Positions 1 to 6,019 of a stretch of DNA of 47,785 nucleotides are shown in pieces. Positions within the stretch are counted from its first letter, which is position 1; each line of letters begins with the position of its first letter. Location: positions 1 to 47,785 of the IMG/VR virus record IMGVR_UViG_3300037458_001078; one strand, given 5' to 3'. The DNA comes from a virus. Taxonomy: Duplodnaviria > Caudoviricetes. Below the pieces are notes generated by a model that was given only the letters and a program-made list of their open reading frames with translations, ran no database searches and was not told where the DNA came from. A program made the position numbers and the translations under genes.

Positions 1-82
1 CGGGGGAGGAGTTGACCTCCGCTGGGTTCCCGGACGGTCCTGGAGGGGTTCCAGGGCTCTCGTCCCCCGAAACAAAAACGCC
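1..82. repeat. Terminal overlap identical to 47704-47785 (circular assembly overlap; also identical to 1790-1871)
   Basis: Direct sequence identity of the first and last 82 nt. Confidence 0.95.
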
Positions 83-102
83 CCGGCTGGAGAGCCGGGG
101 CG
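70..102 (-). terminator. Rho-independent terminator
   Basis: 10-bp stem CGCCCCGGCT/AGCCGGGGCG, 4-nt loop, followed on the minus strand by TTTTTGTTT, just downstream of the stop at 121. Confidence 0.85.
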
Positions 103-120
103 CGAGAGCGAGCAGGCGGA

Positions 121-411
121 TTAGTACACCTGGACAAAACCCAATTTTAGGAGGAGCGCCACCGGGCACTGGGCCAGAAGGGCCATCTCCTGCTCGTTGA
201 AATTGCCGTACTTGGAGTAGTGGCTTTCCATCTCACCGACGCAGACGTGAACACCTTGGCCGTCAAGGAGCACCACGCGCTCTTCGTTGTCCACCGTCAG
301 GGTGAGAATGAAGGGAGCCGAGCCGTCAAAGAACCGCTCGCAGCCGGACCAGCATTCCCAGTCCGAGGAGTCGAACCGGCGAGGAGTGAGGGAGGTAGTA
401 ACAGTTTTCAT
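121..411 (-). CDS. Small early protein, paralog of 1062-1325
   Basis: ATG supplied by the promoter-leader cassette; shares TPRxF-S-DW-W-RF-DGSAP, LDxxG and EMAxLxQCP-LL-GF motifs with 1062-1325. Confidence 0.8.
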   Translation of the reverse strand: MKTVTTSLTPRRFDSSDWECWSGCERFFDGSAPFILTLTVDNEERVVLLDGQGVHVCVGEMESHYSKYGNFNEQEMALLAQCPVALLLKLGFVQVY

Positions 412-519
412 TTTCCGTATTCTAGTTTTTGGTTTTCGTTTCGCAGTCCCCGGTCATCGGGAACGGGGATACTATGGCTGAGACCGGGAGAAAGGTAAAG
501 TATTATTTTCAACTATTTT
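409..519 (-). promoter_or_regulatory. Promoter-leader cassette copy 1
   Basis: AT-rich UP-like tract, TTTACC-17 nt-CATAGT (or TAGTAT), TCCCCG..CGGGGA hairpin, A-rich leader ending in ATG; repeated 7 times. Confidence 0.8.
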
Positions 520-561
520 TGGGACGGTCCAGGAGGACTCCCGGACGCCGGGACGAGGGAA

Positions 562-657
562 CCGGCTCCCCGTCCTCCAGGGGTCCGCTGGACGGCTTTC
601 GGGAGCCGGGGGAGGAGTTGACCTCCGCTGGGTTCCCGGACGGTCCTGGAGGGGTTC
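562..657. repeat. Dispersed structured repeat A (intergenic)
   Basis: Matches core CCGTCCTCCAGGGGTCCGCTGGACGGCTTT(T/C)GGGAGCCGGGGGAGGAGTTGACCTCCGCTGGGTTCCCGGACGGTCC. Confidence 0.95.
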
Positions 658-722
658 TAAGGAAACCAAGCGGGAGGGAGCCTCAACCCCGCCGTGCGTC
701 GGCCACATGCAGCTGCCTACAC

Positions 723-884
723 TTAGGACACGTTCTCGCGGTTGGTTGCCTTCTTTACGAGCTCGGCCGCTGTGGTCTGATATACGCCATACTCCAGCGA
801 CCGAAGCCCGATGTGAGCCTTCTCGAGTTCACCCGGCGCCAGGTGTTCAACGTGAGACCGGAGCCGGGTCCAGGCTTCCTGCAT
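723..884 (-). CDS. Hypothetical small protein
   Basis: ORF from internal ATG (MQEAW...) following the 847-1068 gene; start uncertain. Confidence 0.4.
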   Translation of the reverse strand: MQEAWTRLRSHVEHLAPGELEKAHIGLRSLEYGVYQTTAAELVKKATNRENVS

Positions 885-1068
885 TCGCGCCGTCCACAGC
901 TTGGAGTCTTCGGAGCTCTTGCAGAGCTTTCTCCGCCTCGTCCCGCCAAAGGGGACCACTAACGGGTTTCCACCAAAACCAGGAACGCCGTTCAATCCGG
1001 TACTGAAGTCTCCCGGTGTAGGTGATGGTGTGGAATTGAATTCTGTAGGGTGCGTTTGTAGTTAGCAT
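847..1068 (-). CDS. Hypothetical small early protein
   Basis: Overlaps the stop of 1062-1325; YRIERRSWFWWK motif typical of small phage proteins. Confidence 0.65.
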   Translation of the reverse strand: MLTTNAPYRIQFHTITYTGRLQYRIERRSWFWWKPVSGPLWRDEAEKALQELRRLQAVDGANAGSLDPAPVSR

Positions 1069-1325
1069 AGACTTTCAAATCCAATGTGTTCCAGAAGGGA
1101 ATTAGGGCATTGGGAAAGGTAGGCCATCTCAACCTGGTCAAAGACCCCAGTCATTCCATAGCACGCGAAATATCCCAGCGACTTCTCGCGGATGTAGATT
1201 CCGTTAGCGTCCAGGACAGTGACCCGGCTCTTCGTCTTCACAATAAGCGGGGCAGAACCGTCCGCGAACCGAACAAAGTCGGGCCAGCGTTTCCAATCCG
1301 CGGACGTGAACGGGCGGGGTGTCAT
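1062..1325 (-). CDS. Small early protein, paralog of 121-411
   Basis: ATGA coupling to the upstream gene; motif similarity to 121-411. Confidence 0.8.
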   Translation of the reverse strand: MTPRPFTSADWKRWPDFVRFADGSAPLIVKTKSRVTVLDANGIYIREKSLGYFACYGMTGVFDQVEMAYLSQCPNSLLEHIGFESLC

Positions 1326-1594
1326 GCGATTTCCACGGTTTGGGATTCACCGACACAGAGGGTGCGAGCGGCAGCCAGCACCGAACCGTTTACGACAGAG
1401 ACCGGAGTGACTAAGACGTAGCGGTTTCCGTTCATCGAATCAATCGCCTGGGCGCGGATGGCGGACAACTTTCCAGACCCATCGAACGCTACCCTCACCT
1501 CCAAGGCCGACCCGTCCGCCCAGTATGGGAAGGATGACATGACCGTGAAAATCTCAGCCGTTTCACGCCGCACCGTTAGGGTTTTGGTTTTCAT
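1322..1594 (-). CDS. Hypothetical early protein
   Basis: Start MKTKTL at 1594 is the ATG of promoter cassette 2. Confidence 0.75.
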   Translation of the reverse strand: MKTKTLTVRRETAEIFTVMSSFPYWADGSALEVRVAFDGSGKLSAIRAQAIDSMNGNRYVLVTPVSVVNGSVLAAARTLCVGESQTVEIA

Positions 1595-1703
1595 ATTTCC
1601 GTATTCTAGTTTTTGGTTTTCGTTTCGCAGTCCCCGGTCATCGGGAACGGGGATACTATGGCTGAGACCGGGAGAAAGGTAAAGTATTATTTTCAACTAT
1701 TTT
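1592..1703 (-). promoter_or_regulatory. Promoter-leader cassette copy 2
   Basis: Near-identical to 409-519. Confidence 0.8.
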
Positions 1704-1744
1704 AGGACGGTCCTGGAGGACTCCCGGACGCCGGGACGAGGGAA

Positions 1745-1848
1745 CCGGCTCCCCGTCCTCCAGGGGTCCGCTGGACGGCTTTCGGGAGCCGGGGGAGGAG
1801 TTGACCTCCGCTGGGTTCCCGGACGGTCCTGGAGGGGTTCCAGGGCTC
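1745..1848. repeat. Dispersed structured repeat A (intergenic)
   Basis: Identity to other copies. Confidence 0.95.
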
Positions 1849-1858
1849 TCGTCCCCCG

Positions 1859-1891
1859 AAACAAAAACGCCCCGGCTGGAGAGCCGGGGCG
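1859..1891 (-). terminator. Rho-independent terminator (identical to 70-102)
   Basis: Same 10-bp stem and U-tract, downstream of the stop at 1910. Confidence 0.85.
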
Positions 1892-1909
1892 CGAGAGCGA
1901 GCAGGCGGA

Positions 1910-2755
1910 TTAGTAGCCGCGAACGTTGCGGACAGTCACCACGTTCTCGAACGTTGCGCAGAGCACCGCGAGTTCCGTGGTCGTAAGCGGCTTAAACGCA
2001 TAGTCCCGGTCGGCCGGGATAGAGAACCCGAATTGACCGCCCTCGGAGCCATAGTAGAGACCGGTCACCGAGTTCTTGGCGAAATAGGTAGTCTCCGGGA
2101 GCGTCTTCAAAAGGGACTCCATCTCGTCGCGCTGACGAACCACCAGCTCCGCAATCTTGGCGAGGGAGTCCATTGAGTACGGCACCCCTTTGTAAGTAAC
2201 CGTACCATTCGTGTTTGGGAAAACGTTCATCAGGCCAAGCGGGGCGAGGACGGCCTTATTCTCTTCGGCCCAAACGAGGCGGGCAGCTTCCCGGTCCTTT
2301 TGCTCCTGCTTGGCATGCTCCTTCTTGTCCTCCTCCGACCGGAGGGTGGCGAGCTTGTCGAAGATCTTGTCCGCGAAGTCCGCATTCAGGGGAAACGCCG
2401 CCTCGCCCTTGGCCGGCTTGAAGGTGCACCACTTAGTCCCGGCGATGAACTTGAGGGAGGTCACTCGACCATAGCTTGAGTCTGAATAGAGCCCCACCCG
2501 ACCAAACGAAGTGTAGGCGAAGGCCGAGTAGGAGTTGACGTAAACCTCTGGGGTCATACCGTGCTTTTTGAGGATCTCCACGAGCGACGCCCTCAGGTCC
2601 ACCTGAATCGTTTGGCGAAGAGCCTCCTGCGCTTCCTGCTGGCGGATGCAATCCGTAGGCGCCCACTCGTTCATCAATCCCGCTTCAATTTCCGCCTTGT
2701 GGGTCAGGTTATACGCCGCGCAGTCAGCCGAACTTTTATCAACGATGATTTTCAT
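1910..2755 (-). CDS. Hypothetical early protein (281 aa)
   Basis: ORF lies between promoter cassette 3 and a terminator. Confidence 0.85.
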   Translation of the reverse strand: MKIIVDKSSADCAAYNLTHKAEIEAGLMNEWAPTDCIRQQEAQEALRQTIQVDLRASLVEILKKHGMTPEVYVNSYSAFAYTSFGRVGLYSDSSYGRVTSLKFIAGTKWCTFKPAKGEAAFPLNADFADKIFDKLATLRSEEDKKEHAKQEQKDREAARLVWAEENKAVLAPLGLMNVFPNTNGTVTYKGVPYSMDSLAKIAELVVRQRDEMESLLKTLPETTYFAKNSVTGLYYGSEGGQFGFSIPADRDYAFKPLTTTELAVLCATFENVVTVRNVRGY

Positions 2756-2870
2756 ATTTTCCGTATTCTAGTTTTTGGTTTTTCGTTTTCGCAGTCCCCG
2801 GTCATCGGGAACGGGGATACTATGGCTGAGACCGGGGGAAAGGTAAAGTATTATTTTCAACTATTTTTTT
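2753..2870 (-). promoter_or_regulatory. Promoter-leader cassette copy 3
   Basis: Near-identical to 409-519. Confidence 0.8.
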
Positions 2871-2988
2871 GGGACGGTCCAGGGGCTTCCAGACACCGCC
2901 TTGTCCTGTTCAGTTACAACGTCTGGGGTTATCGGGAGTACCGTGTTGCTGTTCCCTTTCCAGACACAGCGCCAGTCATCGCAAACCA

Positions 2989-3111
2989 GCCGAACAGGGC
3001 GCTGCTGCGAATCCGCGCCCCGCTTGACGGCTCGGATGCAGCAGGTTCTATTATGGTTTCGGGGCTTTCAAAGTCTCGGTCGGCGCGGATCGGTGAGCTT
3101 CCGCGTTCGGC
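2989..3111 (+). mobile_element. attC-like site 1
   Basis: R'' GCCGAAC, L'' GCTGCTGC, stem ATCCGCGCC/GGCGCGGAT, L' GGTGAGC, R' GTTCGGC. Confidence 0.8.
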
Positions 3112-3320
3112 GCAACTGGTTCAACCGCTTCCCCGCCGAACACGTCTTCCCAGATTTCAGCGTGTCTCTCGCAGAACCGATGGCCGATGACCGCATCACG
3201 CTTGACTGCCGGGCGTCCGCATGGCGTGCCATAGCAGTCCATGATCCAGCCGCAATGCGCCGAACCAGGCGCTTCAGCCAACGGGCTGGGCAGTTCACTT
3301 TTGGGTGTATCCATAGTCAT
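3051..3320 (-). CDS. Cassette protein, Cys/His-rich (putative Zn-binding)
   Basis: Starts in the attC2 loop (ATGA-coupled) and ends in the attC1 loop; C..C..PCGRPA..FCERH pattern. Confidence 0.7.
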   Translation of the reverse strand: MTMDTPKSELPSPLAEAPGSAHCGWIMDCYGTPCGRPAVKRDAVIGHRFCERHAEIWEDVFGGEAVEPVAPNAEAHRSAPTETLKAPKP

Positions 3321-3356
3321 GGGTGCCCAGCCCGTTGCTGAGCTTGGTTGTTCTGC
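3259..3356 (+). mobile_element. attC-like site 2
   Basis: R'' GCCGAAC, L'' GCTTCAGC, stem CAACGGGCTGGGCA/TGCCCAGCCCGTTG, L' GCTGAGC, R' GTTCTGC. Confidence 0.85.
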
Positions 3357-3511
3357 CGCCGGGCGGAGCGCTTCTTCTTTCCGCGCTTCTTGCCCTTGGG
3401 CCATCCGCCTAGCTTCGCGTTATCACGCGCTGCTTGCGCCTTCGCAGGCGTCGAGATGCTTCCGAGCATCGCGGCGGCATTGATGGGTTTTCCGCAGTGT
3501 GGGCAGTTCAT
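3317..3511 (-). CDS. Small basic protein, probable DNA-binding regulator
   Basis: CPHCGK knuckle plus AAAMLG..AKAQAARDNAKLGGWPK basic motif; ATGA-coupled at both ends. Confidence 0.7.
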   Translation of the reverse strand: MNCPHCGKPINAAAMLGSISTPAKAQAARDNAKLGGWPKGKKRGKKKRSARRQNNQAQQRAGHP

Positions 3512-3765
3512 CGCTTGCATACCTTTTCCCACACTTCGCGCATGATTTTCAGGTTTCCGGCTTCTGCCACGTCTATCAGTTCGCGGGCCTTCTCAACCAA
3601 ATCGAGACGGACGGCCAGCGCACCTTTGCCGTATGTTTTTGTCCCGTGTTCCTCCATGTGTTCACATTCGCGTTCGCACAGAGTTGCCAGCACTCCAGCC
3701 ACGTCACTGAGGGATTGCTGATTCCACTCGGCTTCACTTGGGTCTCCGTATTCACGTAGATTCAT
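3508..3765 (-). CDS. Hypothetical cassette protein
   Basis: ATGA-coupled ORF inside cassette 3. Confidence 0.7.
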   Translation of the reverse strand: MNLREYGDPSEAEWNQQSLSDVAGVLATLCERECEHMEEHGTKTYGKGALAVRLDLVEKARELIDVAEAGNLKIMREVWEKVCKR

Positions 3766-3953
3766 GATGCCACCGTGAGTTTGATTGTTTTTCCGTCAAA
3801 GCTGGCGATATGGCGGAACAGCATTGATTCACCACTGTCCAGTGCGAACCCGTCGCGCTCTACGTCATTCACGCGGCCTTCCGCGATTTCGTCGTTGTAT
3901 TTGTTCAGCACCGTCACCGTCATCCCGACTTCGATTTCGTATTTCGTTTTCAT
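3762..3953 (-). CDS. Hypothetical small beta-rich cassette protein
   Basis: ATG at 3953 lies 6 nt downstream of a -10 box. Confidence 0.7.
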   Translation of the reverse strand: MKTKYEIEVGMTVTVLNKYNDEIAEGRVNDVERDGFALDSGESMLFRHIASFDGKTIKLTVAS

Positions 3954-4087
3954 GGCGCTATCATATACCCATCGCTGGGTATTGCAAGCACTATTTTCAC
4001 TTTTCTTCCGATTGTTTGTAAGTCGTTGACCGGACGGCAGAACCACCGCATGGAGCTAACCGCCGATTGCGCCTCAGGCGAGTTCAT
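3950..4087 (-). CDS. 45-aa bridging ORF (MNSPEAQSAV...YMIAP)
   Basis: Translated by hand; ATGA overlaps at both ends; starts in the attC3 loop. Confidence 0.45.
   Translation of the reverse strand: MNSPEAQSAVSSMRWFCRPVNDLQTIGRKVKIVLAIPSDGYMIAP
3960..3987 (-). promoter_or_regulatory. Sigma70-type leaderless promoter with a palindromic operator in the spacer
   Basis: TTGCAA-16 nt-TATGAT-6 nt-ATG; ATACCCA-N4-TGGGTAT at 3965-3982. Confidence 0.7.
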
Positions 4088-4126
4088 GGCGTTTTTGTCG
4101 GCGGTAGCTCATGCGGAGCGTTCGGC
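4037..4126 (+). mobile_element. attC-like site 3
   Basis: R'' GCAGAAC, GCATGGAGCTAACCGCCGA pairs with TCGGCGGTAGCTCATGC leaving two extrahelical bases, R' GTTCGGC. Confidence 0.85.
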
Positions 4127-4383
4127 GGGTAGTAGCGCAGCCGTGCTTTGACTGCGAACGCCCCACGTTTCATGGCGTCTTCTATTTCTTCGCGTCCGGG
4201 CCAGCCGAGCGCGATGCGCCATGCGTCGGCCTCGGTAGTCAGGTCGCTTCCGGTGACGATGTGGCCGTGAGGAAACACTACTGCCCACATATCGCGGTAG
4301 ATCGCCGAACAAGGCGATGGAGACGAACAGCCGCCCCGCGAGTCAGGCAAATCGGGCGTCGGGATGGGGCGGCTGTCGCTCAT
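4084..4383 (-). CDS. Hypothetical cassette protein
   Basis: ATG in the attC4 arm one nt after the upstream TAA; stop in the attC3 loop. Confidence 0.7.
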   Translation of the reverse strand: MSDSRPIPTPDLPDSRGGCSSPSPCSAIYRDMWAVVFPHGHIVTGSDLTTEADAWRIALGWPGREEIEDAMKRGAFAVKARLRYYPPNAPHELPPTKTP

Positions 4384-4397
4384 CTTAATCGTTCGGT
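4304..4397 (+). mobile_element. attC-like site 4
   Basis: R'' GCCGAAC, GATGGAGACGAACAGCCGCCCC / GGGGCGGCTGTCGCTCATC, R' GTTCGGT. Confidence 0.85.
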
Positions 4398-4666
4398 GGA
4401 AAAGCCTCACTTAGCAATTGCTCCATTCCGCGCCGAAGGTTTCCGAGTCTGGTTGCCCTGCCGTCACGCATTGGCCACAGGTTGCAGGCGAACACTAAGT
4501 CTTCGAGGTCTTGCTTCGAGAGTAGTGCCGCCACACCGCCATCTTCGAGCGCGGTCAGCAGTTTGTGTTCTATCACATCGCGGGTTGTCCGTTCCACCGA
4601 ACAAGGCGCTGGAGACGAACCGGCGGATCGCTGGTCTTCGTTTGGATTTCTGCGTGTTGTAGCCAT
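4385..4666 (-). CDS. Hypothetical cassette protein
   Basis: Start in the attC5 loop, stop inside the attC4 right arm. Confidence 0.7.
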   Translation of the reverse strand: MATTRRNPNEDQRSAGSSPAPCSVERTTRDVIEHKLLTALEDGGVAALLSKQDLEDLVFACNLWPMRDGRATRLGNLRRGMEQLLSEAFPPND

Positions 4667-4703
4667 AGGTTATTCGCGCCGGTCGCTCAGCTTGTCGTTC
4701 GGC
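4596..4703 (+). mobile_element. attC-like site 5
   Basis: R'' ACCGAAC, GCTGGAGACGAACCGGCG / CGCCGGTCGCTCAGC, R' GTTCGGC. Confidence 0.85.
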
Positions 4704-5014
4704 GGATACATCATGCGATGCTGGCGTTCGAGAGATTCACCGAGGCAGTCTCGGAAGTTCTTCCATTCGGTTTCTTTGCCATCGCGCTCGGATATTTGCC
4801 ACGCCGAGCGGCACAGGTCGTTTGCATCTACCAGCGCCGTCGCGAGCCTGCGGAGCGCAAAGGCTGCGTCCATCAGAGGCTTGCCGTAGGCTGCTTCGCC
4901 ATTGTCAGCATGTTGGAGCGCGGACATTTCGAGTTGGTCAGCGAGTTCCATTTCCGCCGAACAAGGGCGCTGCACCGAATCCGCGCCCCGCTTTGCGTTT
5001 GATGTCTTGCTCAT
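4670..5014 (-). CDS. Hypothetical cassette protein (first gene of the array)
   Basis: MSKTSN start at 5014 in the remnant loop of attC6; stop in the attC5 loop. Confidence 0.7.
   Translation of the reverse strand: MSKTSNAKRGADSVQRPCSAEMELADQLEMSALQHADNGEAAYGKPLMDAAFALRRLATALVDANDLCRSAWQISERDGKETEWKNFRDCLGESLERQHRMMYPPNDKLSDRRE
4956..4993 (+). mobile_element. Truncated attC-like site 6 (left arm only)
   Basis: GCCGAACAAGGGCGCTGCACCGAATCCGCGCCCCGCTT, very similar to the left arm of site 1; right arm absent, promoter cassette 4 lies just beyond. Confidence 0.7.
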
Positions 5015-5046
5015 ATTCCACTGTCCACCATCCGGCTGGCACTCTC

Positions 5047-5137
5047 GGTTTTCGTTTTCGCAGTCCCCGGTCATCGGGAACGGGGATACTATGGCTGAGA
5101 CCGGGGGAAAAGTAAAGTATTAGGTTCAACTATTTTT
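5047..5137 (-). promoter_or_regulatory. Promoter cassette copy 4 (diverged, lacks the 3' leader/ATG), facing the attC array
   Basis: Shared core GCAGTCCCCGGTCATCGGGAACGGGGATACTATGGCTGAGACCGGG. Confidence 0.75.
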
Positions 5138-5372
5138 GGGCGGACTATTTTCGGGCGACTTTAGATCGGCAAACCGGTCTCATGAACTTAGCGATCGCGC
5201 GGACCCCGCACACTGATCCTGCCTCGGGAAAAGATTCCTTACCCCTCCCCCGGTACGGGGATGTGCACCCCGCTCTCACAGAGGTCCGCGGGACAACTAT
5301 TTTAGGCACACTACAGCCTGACATCGCCGCCGAGAGGACACCTCCAAACGCCCCCAGACGCCCCTATCCCGA

Positions 5373-5888
5373 ACGCGTGAATTTCACGCGTCAGTCCATC
5401 GCCTCGTTTTATCAACACAAACCCTAACTCGTACTCAAATTCTCAGCAACTTTAACGGTATTTTAAGACCATCGGCTCTCCTTTAACGCAATTCCCAAGG
5501 ACTTCCATTCCGCGATTACTCTGTCGTCTTGTTACATCATGGTAATGCCCAGTAGGGGTGGGGCAAACCCTATATTCTACTACTCCCGCTTAACTCACTT
5601 AACCTAAAAAAGTTGATTCCCCCGGCTTGATCGGCTTTTTAGCGACTTAACCTCAAAAAGTGCTAAACCCCTACACCTGCTAGGCCACGCTTAACGTACT
5701 CGACATCAGACCCCTTTTTTCGGCCGTCCAGCCTCCAGCCAAAACCTGGAGCGCCCTTCTGAGGTTAAGTACGTTAAGTACGTTAAGCGTGGCCTAGCAG
5801 GTGTAGGGGTTTAGGAGTCGGCCTAAACGGCTGAGGTTAAGCCGCCTAAGCCGAGGTTAAGCCGAGGCTACGCGTGAAATTCACGCGT
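5373..5888. other. Noncoding inverted-repeat region: candidate origin or packaging/genome-end site
   Basis: Palindromes ACGCGTGAA-N-TTCACGCGT at 5373-5391 and 5870-5888; perfect 38-bp inverted repeat at 5663-5700/5777-5814; many CTTAAC/GTTAAG motifs. Confidence 0.6.
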
Positions 5889-5932
5889 TTCTTCTTTCCG
5901 CCCCGGTCAACTTCACCCCGCCCAGGCTCCCG

Positions 5933-6019
5933 TCCTGGACCGTCCGGGAACCCGGCGGAGGTCAACTCCTCCCCCAGCTCCCAAAAGCCGTCCAGCGGAC
6001 CCCTGGAGGACGGGAAACC
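5933..6019. repeat. Repeat A, inverted orientation, abutting the terL stop
   Basis: Reverse complement of the repeat A core. Confidence 0.9.

Noticed and set aside
1-82. Biological direct terminal repeat
   Set aside because: More likely an assembly overlap. The sequence is also an internal repeat (1790-1871), so it proves neither physical ends nor, by itself, circularity
12-200. Plus-strand [12 protein letters not shown] ORFs (also 1801-1986, 20511, 35061)
   Set aside because: Antisense translations of repeat A
1595-1696. N-terminal extensions MKIILYLSPGLSHSIPVP... and plus-strand ...QSPVIGNGDTMAETG... ORFs
   Set aside because: These are translations of the repeated promoter cassette; the true starts are the cassette ATGs
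1-2870. CRISPR array interpretation of the clustered repeats
   Set aside because: Repeats are ~100 bp or longer, separated by whole genes with irregular spacing; no cas genes
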